Origin: a phage
Strand: one strand, 5' to 3'
DNA: 64,000 nucleotides
Sequence record: PV805632.1
Shown here: in pieces, positions 1 through 7,803 of the stretch
How positions within the stretch are numbered: the stretch's first letter is position 1
Layout: each line of letters opens with the position of its first letter
Translations under genes and position numbers: made by a program
Notes under the pieces: generated by a model
What the model saw: only the letters and a program-made list of their open reading frames with translations
Database searches by the model: none
Told to the model about the DNA's origin: nothing

Positions 1-95
1 TGGCTAGGGCTACACCCTTACACGTTAACTACCCCCCCCCCCCCCGGTATGTTGACTCATGGGTGTACTACCCTACCCCACCTTACACGTTACAC

Positions 96-115
96 GTTGC
101 TCCGCAACTTATGGA
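96..115 (+). promoter_or_regulatory. N4-type virion-RNAP early promoter: hairpin GTTGC-TCC-GCAAC followed by TTATGGA
   Basis: 5-bp inverted repeat with 3-nt loop plus TTATGGA; template strand reads 3'-CAACGAGGCGTTGAATACCT-5', one base off the N4 early promoter consensus as I recall it; about 40 nt upstream of the first ORF. Confidence 0.55.
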
Positions 116-151
116 CATGTCGTCCTATCATCAACTATTGGAGCTATCATC

Positions 152-475
152 ATGACTACTACCGCTACTGTACGTATGACCGCAGGAACTCTGCTGGGTA
201 CTGTTAACTCTGCTGCTACTACTGTTGCAGATTCATTCGGTGCTGCTACTAAAGCAGTTGGTATGCTTAATTCTTACGTAGCTACTATGGCAAAGAAACA
301 AGCCATTCGTACTAAATTAGAAATGCATACTTTCGAAAACAAATTAGCTGAAGAAACAGCTATGAACGAGACTATGCGTAAGAAAAGTATCGAAGAATTC
401 TGCAAAGATCCAGAAAACGCTCGTATCTACAACGCAGAATATTCAAGAATAATTGACATCCTGTCTAAAGACTAA
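152..475 (+). CDS. hypothetical early protein (107 aa)
   Basis: ORF track 59..475; start moved to ATG 152 preceded by GGAG 8 nt upstream. Confidence 0.5.
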   Translation: MTTTATVRMTAGTLLGTVNSAATTVADSFGAATKAVGMLNSYVATMAKKQAIRTKLEMHTFENKLAEETAMNETMRKKSIEEFCKDPENARIYNAEYSRIIDILSKD

Positions 476-480
476 ATCAA

Positions 481-503
481 TAGGAGGCTCTTCGAGCCTC
501 CTA
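481..503 (+). promoter_or_regulatory. perfect 10-bp hairpin TAGGAGGCTC-TTC-GAGCCTCCTA without T-run
   Basis: inverted repeat read directly; sits just after the stop of the first ORF; no U-tract, so either a weak terminator, a processing site or a promoter-like hairpin. Confidence 0.3.
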
Positions 504-564
504 TTAAGGGCATTAGATAGATAGATAGTCAGTTCTGTATAAAAAGATAGGAGAGATACCTACT

Positions 565-711
565 ATGAGCAAACTAAAAAACGCATTCATGCTGATTGTC
601 AGTGTCCTTGCACTTGTTGCTATGGTTTCCGTATACATTGGAAAACCTCTGGTAAACACTGACTATGGTCATGGTCAGAAAGTAAAATCCATCCTGCTAA
701 TGGATAAGTAA
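565..711 (+). CDS. small hydrophobic protein (48 aa), not in ORF track
   Basis: manual translation MSKLKNAFMLIVSVLALVAMVSVYIGKPLV...; AGGAGAG RBS about 10 nt upstream. Confidence 0.3.
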   Translation: MSKLKNAFMLIVSVLALVAMVSVYIGKPLVNTDYGHGQKVKSILLMDK

Positions 712-774
712 AATGTCCCTGAATCTAAATCACCGTAAGAATCTCTGGATATCTTACATACCCTAAAAGACAAC

Positions 775-794
775 GACGCTCCGCGTCTTATGGA
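775..794 (+). promoter_or_regulatory. N4-type virion-RNAP early promoter: GACGC-TCC-GCGTC + TTATGGA
   Basis: same 5-bp stem, TCC loop and TTATGGA geometry as 96-115, with compensatory stem changes. Confidence 0.55.
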
Positions 795-895
795 TGATGT
801 AAATGCATCCACTAATCATTGAAATTTTATCCTTTTGTTTGGGTGTTCTCACCGACGAGTTCACCCGTAAATCACATAAATCTGGAGAGTACAAA

Positions 896-1279
896 ATGTC
901 TATTCAAAAATTCACTTTCGGTCAATCTAACGCTGCTGCTACTTCTACTGCTAAAACTGATAAACCAAAAGCTCAGTTCTGGCTGAACATTGGTTATGTA
1001 GCTAATGAAGGCTCTGATGATGAGAAATTCATCTCGCTGCCTACTGGTATTCCACTGGATACTCAGGAACCACTGCCAACTAACAGCAGCAATGCTGACT
1101 TCCGTGCTATGCGTTGTGCACAGAACGATTTGTTAGAACAGTTAATCGAATATGCTCAGAACCTGAAACCAGGTGAAGAAGGCATCATTAACCTGCAAGT
1201 TCAACTTCGTCGTGTGAAAGCAGAGGCTGCTGACATCCCAGCAGACGAGAATAAATATGCTCGTAAACTGACTTTCTAA
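896..1279 (+). CDS. hypothetical early protein (127 aa)
   Basis: ORF track 803..1279; start moved to ATG 896 with GGAGAG RBS; followed by terminator. Confidence 0.5.
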   Translation: MSIQKFTFGQSNAAATSTAKTDKPKAQFWLNIGYVANEGSDDEKFISLPTGIPLDTQEPLPTNSSNADFRAMRCAQNDLLEQLIEYAQNLKPGEEGIINLQVQLRRVKAEAADIPADENKYARKLTF

Positions 1280-1289
1280 TCAACCACTG

Positions 1290-1317
1290 GACTCCCTTCG
1301 GGGAGTCTTTTATTTTT
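1290..1317 (+). terminator. intrinsic terminator GACTCCC-TTCG-GGGAGTC + TTTTATTTTT
   Basis: 7-bp stem, tetraloop, T-run read directly. Confidence 0.7.
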
Positions 1318-1422
1318 AACTCAGCGATAAACTAAGTTTAACTTTTAGGGGCTTTTCGACGAAGAGTCACTAAAACTTAAACGTAAACAGAAGCAGATAA
1401 CTTAGAGTAAGGAGTAATCAAG

Positions 1423-1722
1423 ATGCGTACACTATGTAACCGTTATAATCCAACCGGACTGATTAACATCATGGCCTTATATGGTAGCAAAATGACTTAT
1501 GGTGCTCGTTGGCAAGTGTCTGTAGAAGACAAGAATGGCAAATGTCATGACCACTACTTCGTAGCTAAGCCTACTCGTAAACAAATCCGTAAACTTCACA
1601 AAGTACGTAAGCATTACTTACTAAGTAAATGCTACGAATGTGGCAAAAGGATAGAACTAGGTAAAGAATTTACTTTTGATGATCTCAACTATGCTCACAA
1701 TAACTGCTTAGGAACTAAATAA
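1423..1722 (+). CDS. small Cys-rich protein (possible zinc ribbon), 99 aa
   Basis: ORF track; GGAG RBS (taaGGAGtaatcaag) before ATG; C..C/H..C..C spacing. Confidence 0.5.
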   Translation: MRTLCNRYNPTGLINIMALYGSKMTYGARWQVSVEDKNGKCHDHYFVAKPTRKQIRKLHKVRKHYLLSKCYECGKRIELGKEFTFDDLNYAHNNCLGTK

Positions 1723-1723
1723 A

Positions 1724-2128
1724 ATGACTACTCATAAAATTGTAAAAAGCTGGACTACTGAAGCTGGTTTATCTGCTGTAATCCTGCTAGTAAATGATGG
1801 TTCTCACCATTGTGGTTACGTAGCATTGCCTGCTGATTTAGCAGACAAAGACTTTATTAATTATGATCCAGAAGAATCCATTTCTGTTCATGGTGGTGTT
1901 ACCTATCAAGATGCACTTCCTCAATTAGAGGATAAAATCGCTATCGGTTTTGATTGTGCTCATCACGGTGACCTCATGAAATGCCCTGAGAAGTACAAAG
2001 GTACTCCTCTGGAAGGACTGCGCATGTATTCAGAAGGTGTATGGCGAGATGAGCAATATTGCACCAATGAGTGTGAGTCTATGGCTAAACAACTAATGGC
2101 AATGTTGCCTAAACAACTAGAAGGATAA
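1724..2128 (+). CDS. hypothetical protein (134 aa)
   Basis: ORF track; starts 2 nt after previous stop. Confidence 0.5.
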   Translation: MTTHKIVKSWTTEAGLSAVILLVNDGSHHCGYVALPADLADKDFINYDPEESISVHGGVTYQDALPQLEDKIAIGFDCAHHGDLMKCPEKYKGTPLEGLRMYSEGVWRDEQYCTNECESMAKQLMAMLPKQLEG

Positions 2129-2132
2129 TGCT

Positions 2133-2285
2133 ATGAAGCTACTAGCAGAGATTCTGTGTATTTTATTAATGATACTGCTGGTAGCTGCATTTCCGTGGCT
2201 ATTAGCCGTAGGCATTATTATTGGTATGCTCGTAGCCGGAGCGAGTGATGCTCGTGGCAGAGATGAGCCAGGTGGAGATGTGTAA
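2133..2285 (+). CDS. small membrane protein (50 aa), not in ORF track
   Basis: manual translation MKLLAEILCILLMILLVAAFPWLLAVGIIIGMLVAG...; AAGGA upstream. Confidence 0.3.
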   Translation: MKLLAEILCILLMILLVAAFPWLLAVGIIIGMLVAGASDARGRDEPGGDV

Positions 2286-2317
2286 ACACTGCCAGAAGAG
2301 TATGTACGGGGGAACCA

Positions 2318-2491
2318 GTGATATTCACTAACATTGAGGATGCCATTGAAGAATGTATCTTCCGTAGATATCACACTGGAGTACAGAAACGACACTATGG
2401 TGTTGTGCAACTCAATGGCTATCAAATGGCTGTAAGAATTGTACGTAACAATAAACCTTTTAACTTTATGTGGAGTACTAAACATGCGTAA
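2318..2491 (+). CDS. possible small ORF (57 aa, GTG start)
   Basis: manual translation; competes with antisense ORF 2117..2593, which looks low-complexity. Confidence 0.2.
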   Translation: MIFTNIEDAIEECIFRRYHTGVQKRHYGVVQLNGYQMAVRIVRNNKPFNFMWSTKHA

Positions 2492-2612
2492 GTCATTAAT
2501 CATGGGAACCAAAGCTGACGTACAAAAGATGAAAGAGCGTCTGGCTGCTAAGCAACAGGCATCTGAACCAGTACGTAAGATTGTTACCTTCAATCATCCG
2601 TGCATCAAATAG
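2484..2612 (+). CDS. possible small basic protein (42 aa)
   Basis: manual translation MRKSLIMGTKADVQKMKERLAAKQQ...; ends just before terminator hairpin. Confidence 0.25.
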   Translation: MRKSLIMGTKADVQKMKERLAAKQQASEPVRKIVTFNHPCIK

Positions 2613-2615
2613 TAA

Positions 2616-2653
2616 GGAGTCCTCCAATAGGAGGCTCCTATTTTTTATTTTTG
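2616..2653 (+). terminator. intrinsic terminator (imperfect GGAGTCCTCC/GGAGGCTCC stem + TATTTTTTATTTTT)
   Basis: hairpin followed by long T-run. Confidence 0.6.
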
Positions 2654-2689
2654 AATAGTTAGATATGTATTTAAATAGGAGAAAGAACC

Positions 2690-2998
2690 TTGAATGAAAT
2701 AGTATGCATACTTCCACACTTAGCTAAAGTAGCTGATAGGAATATACGGATACATTTACCCTTCCCATTAAGTAACCCATTCACTCGTAATGAAAGAACC
2801 ACAGTAGAGGATATAGAGGTAGCTTATGAAGCTTACCTTCGTAATCGTCTTATTAGTGGTGACAAATTAATTACAGCAGAGATGGAAAGGATTGCTGGCT
2901 TTGTCACAGATAGTACAAAGAAACCTGTTGGTTTAATTGGTACTGAATCTGATGTTAACGTTATTCGTAAAATATTAATGGAGGCATTAAGCCAATGA
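2690..2998 (+). CDS. hypothetical protein (102 aa, TTG start)
   Basis: ORF track; AGGAGA 8 nt before TTG; N-terminal codon usage atypical so true start may be later. Confidence 0.4.
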   Translation: MNEIVCILPHLAKVADRNIRIHLPFPLSNPFTRNERTTVEDIEVAYEAYLRNRLISGDKLITAEMERIAGFVTDSTKKPVGLIGTESDVNVIRKILMEALSQ

Positions 2999-3216
2999 TG
3001 TACTCAAACGATTATGGTATATGCCCAGTCTGTAAGAAAGGACGTGGAGTTGCCAATCATAAGCGTTGTAGTCGTATATTGCAGAAACAACGGAACCAGA
3101 AAGAATGGTCTAAGGTGCTGGAAAATCAGCATAAAGAAGAGAATCAACAAATGGCTGTTAGGGCATCTACTCAACGTATTCGCCGTATTAACTATATACA
3201 AGGATACCAAAAGTGA
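2995..3216 (+). CDS. small basic protein with CxxC/HxxC motif (73 aa)
   Basis: ORF track; ATGATG overlap with upstream stop. Confidence 0.45.
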   Translation: MMYSNDYGICPVCKKGRGVANHKRCSRILQKQRNQKEWSKVLENQHKEENQQMAVRASTQRIRRINYIQGYQK

Positions 3217-3470
3217 TTATTACATTCCCTGTAACTAAATCATTTAACTATATGGGACAAACTATTGAAGTCCCATTATGGGTTAAATATGTAGCCTTAT
3301 TACCTCGACCACAGAAGAGTAAGAATGCCTCACTAATTGGATTTAGTAGAAAGCCTAAGCTAACCGAAAACTGTATTTGGAAGTCTAGTGGTAGACAAGA
3401 GGAAATTGGTTTTTGTGACTATGTACCTCAACCAAATACAGTATACCTAACCCTGGAGAAAGTAGAGTGA
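3213..3470 (+). CDS. hypothetical protein (85 aa)
   Basis: ORF track; coupled to neighbours. Confidence 0.4.
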   Translation: MIITFPVTKSFNYMGQTIEVPLWVKYVALLPRPQKSKNASLIGFSRKPKLTENCIWKSSGRQEEIGFCDYVPQPNTVYLTLEKVE

Positions 3471-3781
3471 ATAATATTGTAGTAGTACATGATAGTACAT
3501 TTACTGATGTAGATAAGATGATGCGTAATATTGATTATGTATCTCAGACCAGTAAAGCATTTAACGAAGAGTTCACTATTTACTGTGAACCAGAGTCACC
3601 ACTGGTTCCTGTATTAAAAGAAGCTGGTCTACCGTTCTCTACAAAGAACTTCCCAGAGGAACCAGAGTATATGATTACATTCATATATGACTTACATGAT
3701 GGATCTCCTGCCAGTGAACTAGCTATGAACCAGTGGAGTAGTAAACGTCCTGTATATGCTTTCCAGGTACTCAAACCATGA
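3467..3781 (+). CDS. hypothetical protein (104 aa)
   Basis: ORF track; 4-nt overlap coupling. Confidence 0.5.
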   Translation: MNNIVVVHDSTFTDVDKMMRNIDYVSQTSKAFNEEFTIYCEPESPLVPVLKEAGLPFSTKNFPEEPEYMITFIYDLHDGSPASELAMNQWSSKRPVYAFQVLKP

Positions 3782-4020
3782 TCTATGAAGAATATTATGT
3801 ATTCAAAAAGGGAGATGATTTTATAGCTATGTCCAATGATTACATGGATTGGCATACAACTCCTGTATTAAAGGAAGCATTTTCCGTACCTAACCTGGAA
3901 GAGGTTAATAAAGTAATGAACGGAGTAATGCTAACAAGAGGTATGGCTTACAAAATAGACGCATTAGAAGGAGCTTCTGTATGCAAAGTAACTACATCCA
4001 TTGAGGTACTTAAACCATGA
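3778..4020 (+). CDS. hypothetical protein (80 aa)
   Basis: ORF track; 4-nt overlap coupling. Confidence 0.5.
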   Translation: MIYEEYYVFKKGDDFIAMSNDYMDWHTTPVLKEAFSVPNLEEVNKVMNGVMLTRGMAYKIDALEGASVCKVTTSIEVLKP

Positions 4021-4397
4021 AAACTATCTCATTAGGTGATAACACCAATGCTCTGATAGGTATATCTGCACATCCAATTACTATTGTTAATAAGCATCAC
4101 GGTAAATCCGGTGAGTATATTGGACGTGGTTCACCATTAGGCAATCCATTCATCATTGGTAAACATGGAACCAGAGAGCAAGTAATTGCTAAGTATAAGG
4201 TCTGGCTACAAGAACAGATTGATAAAGGTAATCCAGTTGTACTGGATGAACTTAATCGTCTTGGTAATAAAGCCATTGACGAGAAAGGGCTGGCCTTACA
4301 GTGCTTCTGTTATCCGAAGCCATGTCATGGTGAGGTTATTAAAGAGAAGCTCGTTCGGGCTATGTATAACTATTTTGTAGAAAATCCAAAAGGGTAA
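4017..4397 (+). CDS. hypothetical protein (126 aa)
   Basis: ORF track; 4-nt overlap coupling. Confidence 0.5.
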   Translation: MKTISLGDNTNALIGISAHPITIVNKHHGKSGEYIGRGSPLGNPFIIGKHGTREQVIAKYKVWLQEQIDKGNPVVLDELNRLGNKAIDEKGLALQCFCYPKPCHGEVIKEKLVRAMYNYFVENPKG

Positions 4398-4400
4398 CTA

Positions 4401-4751
4401 ATGAAAGAAATCTTCGTATTCACTACCAATGTACTTGGGCAGCATACCAATGCTGCTGCCAAGTTAGCTTATAAGAAGCACGGTGCACGTTGGGGTATGG
4501 CTTACGGTCATTATGGTAATAGCTTTGCCATTCCAGTAAGGGATGGCAATGGTAACCGAATTAAAGAGGGTGCTATCTATGGCTTCGTTGAAGGCTTTAT
4601 TTCCTATGCATCTACTAATCCACAGTGGGATTTCAAAGTAATGGGAGATGACTTTCTGGACCCATACCTGTTCAATAATGTTACTGGCAATGTACTGTTA
4701 CCTGAAGCATGGCGTAAACACTTAGGTGATGCTTACAACTACTGGTCATAA
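4401..4751 (+). CDS. hypothetical protein (116 aa)
   Basis: ORF track. Confidence 0.5.
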   Translation: MKEIFVFTTNVLGQHTNAAAKLAYKKHGARWGMAYGHYGNSFAIPVRDGNGNRIKEGAIYGFVEGFISYASTNPQWDFKVMGDDFLDPYLFNNVTGNVLLPEAWRKHLGDAYNYWS

Positions 4752-4755
4752 GAAG

Positions 4756-4775
4756 GGTGCTCCGCACCTTGTGGT
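4756..4775 (+). promoter_or_regulatory. N4-type virion-RNAP early promoter variant: GGTGC-TCC-GCACC + TTGTGG
   Basis: same hairpin geometry and TCC loop as 96-115 and 775-794, stem differs by compensatory changes; in the 48-bp gap upstream of the RNAP II genes. Confidence 0.5.
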
Positions 4776-4799
4776 AATTAACTAATTGGAGAATATGCG

Positions 4800-5615
4800 A
4801 TGTACTCATCTATCGAACATCAGAAGCAACTCGAAGTACTATTCAATAAAAATCAGCTCCTGCCAAGGATGCGAAAAGAGTTCGAGGACTCCAAAGAAAT
4901 TGACTTTAAGGCATTCGCTGCCTATTTAGAAATTGATTATAAGCTGCTCATTGATGCAATGGTGCAGATTGCCCTACATAAACGTGCTGACATCCAGACT
5001 ATGATTGGCTCCCTCATGAGCCACTCAGATGATGCTCAGTACATCGCTGACTGTCTGTATAAGATGGCAGAGAATGACTGTTTCAACTATGACCCTACTA
5101 TCGACAAATTCGGTGTTATCTATGAGATTAGTGAAGATGTTCAGATGGAACTGGAAGCATTCCAGTATCCATTACCTATCGTAAGTGCTCCTAATCCTGT
5201 CAGAACTAACAGGGATACTGGTTATTACCAGACTAAAGGAAGCATCATCCTCAAGAAGAACCATCATGAGATGGATGTCTGCCTTGACCACATCAACCGT
5301 ATGAACAATCAACGTCTCTGTGTTAACTGGGACGTTGCTAACTATGTAAAAGACTCTCGTCCTAACATGGATAAACCCAAAGAGGGTGAAACCCGTCAGG
5401 ACTATGAGAAACGAGTTAAAGCCTTTGAGAAGTACAGTCGTACTGCTAAGGAAGTAATGGAGTTAGTGACTCAGGAAGGTAATAACTTCTCACTAGCACA
5501 TAAGTACGATAAGAGAGGGAGAACCTATGCCTGTGGTTACCACATTAACTATGCGGGAACCTCTTATAACAAAGCAGTCATAGAGTTCGCAGATAAAGAG
5601 CTTGTGGAGGACTAA
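4800..5615 (+). CDS. phage RNA polymerase II, small subunit (N4 gp15-like), 271 aa
   Basis: size and position match the N4 two-subunit T7-like RNAP II (about 269 + 404 aa); partner gene downstream carries the catalytic motifs. Confidence 0.6.
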   Translation: MYSSIEHQKQLEVLFNKNQLLPRMRKEFEDSKEIDFKAFAAYLEIDYKLLIDAMVQIALHKRADIQTMIGSLMSHSDDAQYIADCLYKMAENDCFNYDPTIDKFGVIYEISEDVQMELEAFQYPLPIVSAPNPVRTNRDTGYYQTKGSIILKKNHHEMDVCLDHINRMNNQRLCVNWDVANYVKDSRPNMDKPKEGETRQDYEKRVKAFEKYSRTAKEVMELVTQEGNNFSLAHKYDKRGRTYACGYHINYAGTSYNKAVIEFADKELVED

Positions 5616-6229
5616 TGAAAATGTGCAAAGACTGTGGAGAAGTTAAAGACCTCTCCCAGTTTGTACCTAAAGCATCCTGCACAGACGGCTACGAAGTACG
5701 CTGCCGTAGTTGCAGGGTACTCAAATACAATAAAGCTGATCCAGTTAAGATGTTTAAAAAGACATATATCTCTCAGGTGAACCACTCTGTAACGAGAGGT
5801 CATCCACCACCAGCTTATAGTCTGGAAGAGTTATATGACTGGCTGGATAACCAGCCAAACATTCATGAACTATGGGATGCTTACGTCACCAACAACTATG
5901 CTAAGGACTTAAAACCATCAATCGACCGCATAGATGACCTTAAGCCGTATACTCTTGATAACATTCAGTTAATGACGTGGAAAGAGAATAGGAACAAAGG
6001 TGCCAAGAGCAAAAAAGAAGGTGTTATTGGGAAGCATAAACCAGTGATTGCCTACCACTTGGATGGCTCAATCTATAAAGAATTTGTTAGTACCATTGAA
6101 GCTGCTAGACATGTGTCAGGCAGAGCATGGGGAATCACCACGGTAGCTGATGGCATACCAGTAAAGGATGGAAGGGGTAAGCTCTACAATCCTAAAACAT
6201 ACAAAGGCTACATCTGGGCCTGGAAATAA
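5615..6229 (+). CDS. HNH homing endonuclease with C-terminal IENR1/NUMOD-like DNA-binding motif (204 aa)
   Basis: N-terminal Cys cluster CKDCG...CRSC; HNH-like core IDRIDDLKPYTLDNIQLMTWKENRNKG; C-terminal KPV...F.S..EAARH..G.....GYIW motif typical of intron-encoded nuclease repeats. Confidence 0.6.
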   Translation: MKMCKDCGEVKDLSQFVPKASCTDGYEVRCRSCRVLKYNKADPVKMFKKTYISQVNHSVTRGHPPPAYSLEELYDWLDNQPNIHELWDAYVTNNYAKDLKPSIDRIDDLKPYTLDNIQLMTWKENRNKGAKSKKEGVIGKHKPVIAYHLDGSIYKEFVSTIEAARHVSGRAWGITTVADGIPVKDGRGKLYNPKTYKGYIWAWK

Positions 6230-6270
6230 TCCATTAAGCAGGGCTTACGCCCAAGAAGCGGAGAAATATC

Positions 6271-7488
6271 ATGCAATTACTTACTGCTCGCGAATATTTG
6301 AAAGTAGACATCGCTAATTCTTATGGTCTGGATAAGAAGACATGGGATGAACGTATTAGCTGGTTCGATGAGAACGAAGCTAACCTGCTTAATCTGGTAG
6401 ATGAAGCTGAAGAATCTGCACTGTTCTATGCAGGTGTAAACGCATGGAAAGATATGAAAGCTGGTAAGCCTATCGGTTATGCCGTAGCTCTGGATGCTAC
6501 ATCATCTGGTTTGCAGTTACTGGCTTGCCTGACTGGTGACCGTTCTGCTGCTGAACTGTGTAACGTAGTTAACTACATGGGAGAGAATGGTAAGCCATTA
6601 CGTCGTGATGCTTATACAGTTATCTATCACAAGATGCTGGACATCCTTGGTGAAGCATCCCGTATTAAACGTAGTGATACTAAGCAGGCAGTTATGACTG
6701 CATTCTATGGTTCAGAAGCTAAGCCTAAAGAAGTATTCGGTGAAGGTATCCGTCTCAAAACTTTTGAGAATGTAATGGAAACAGTTGCTAGTGGACCTTG
6801 GGCACTGAACAAGTTCTTACTGCAATGTGGTAACCCGGATGCTAACCGTTACGTATGGGTACTGCCTGACAACTTCCATGCTGTCATTAAGGTCATGGTT
6901 CCGGAAGTACAGACTGTTAACTTCTTAGGTAAGCCTTTCGACATCACCCGTATGGTTCAGGGTACTGAAGAGAAGACTCGTATGCTCTCTGCTAACATCA
7001 CCCACTCTATTGATGGGATGGTGGTACGTGAGATGCTGCGTCGCTGTAACTTCAACATGAACCAGGTGAACTATATTAAGTCCCTCTGTGAAGGAACCAG
7101 TGAGTATATGCTGGGTACTAGCGAGAATTACGATATGGTTAGTCAACTGTGGCATAACTATGAGAAATCAGGATTCCTGTCTACCCGTATCTTTGATTAT
7201 CTGGATTCTGACTCAATTAAACTGGTTGATACAGATGTAATCATGGCTATGCTTAATACCATGCCTAAGAAACCATTCCCTGTAATGACTGTACACGACT
7301 GCTTCCGTTGTCACCCTAACTATGGCAATGACTTGCGTCGTCAATACAATCAGATTCTGTCTGACATTGCTAAGAGTGATCTACTGGGCTTCATCCTGTC
7401 TCAGGTACTGGGGCAAGAGTTCTCTGCTGGTAAGCTGGATGACAGCCTCTGGCAGGACATTCTTGAAACAGACTATGCATTAAGTTAA
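6271..7488 (+). CDS. phage RNA polymerase II, catalytic subunit (N4 gp16-like, T7-like RNAP), 405 aa
   Basis: T7-RNAP-like motif A (ALDATSSGLQ), motif B (RSDTKQAVMTAFYG) and motif C (TVHDCF). Confidence 0.7.
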   Translation: MQLLTAREYLKVDIANSYGLDKKTWDERISWFDENEANLLNLVDEAEESALFYAGVNAWKDMKAGKPIGYAVALDATSSGLQLLACLTGDRSAAELCNVVNYMGENGKPLRRDAYTVIYHKMLDILGEASRIKRSDTKQAVMTAFYGSEAKPKEVFGEGIRLKTFENVMETVASGPWALNKFLLQCGNPDANRYVWVLPDNFHAVIKVMVPEVQTVNFLGKPFDITRMVQGTEEKTRMLSANITHSIDGMVVREMLRRCNFNMNQVNYIKSLCEGTSEYMLGTSENYDMVSQLWHNYEKSGFLSTRIFDYLDSDSIKLVDTDVIMAMLNTMPKKPFPVMTVHDCFRCHPNYGNDLRRQYNQILSDIAKSDLLGFILSQVLGQEFSAGKLDDSLWQDILETDYALS

Positions 7489-7496
7489 TAAACTGG

Positions 7497-7530
7497 CCTC
7501 ATACCTTCGGGTATGGGGCTTTTATTTTTT
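7497..7530 (+). terminator. intrinsic terminator (CCTCATACC-TTCG-GGTATGGGG + TTTTATTTTTT)
   Basis: hairpin plus T-run read directly. Confidence 0.7.
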
Positions 7531-7547
7531 GCTTGGAGGTAGTCAAC

Positions 7548-7730
7548 ATGACAGACATCTATGATGTTATTACTAAAACCGTACTGATAGTTTTATCTGC
7601 TATTGTGATATTCACTATAGCCAATGTTCATAAATCCAAGTTTTCCTATTGCTACTATGGAGCATATTCTGCCGGATGTTTTGTATTAGCCGGTTGGATA
7701 GCTTACTGGATTTACTGCATCATCAACTAG
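7548..7730 (+). CDS. small membrane protein (60 aa)
   Basis: ORF track 7533..7730; ATG 7548 preferred, GGAGG 8 nt upstream; one hydrophobic helix. Confidence 0.4.
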   Translation: MTDIYDVITKTVLIVLSAIVIFTIANVHKSKFSYCYYGAYSAGCFVLAGWIAYWIYCIIN

Positions 7731-7757
7731 CCACCCTCATGGGTGGCTTTCTTTTTA
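7730..7757 (+). terminator. intrinsic terminator GCCACCC-TCAT-GGGTGGC + TTTCTTTTTAT
   Basis: hairpin plus T-run; overlaps stop codon. Confidence 0.7.
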
Positions 7758-7803
7758 TCAGCCTTCATAATGATTAGGCATATTTACTCAAGAGGATACA
7801 TGC

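Noticed and set aside
2117-2593. Antisense ORF of 158 aa in the early region
   Set aside because: Low-complexity Ser/Thr-rich translation, opposite to all neighbouring genes, and overlaps more plausible + strand small ORFs.
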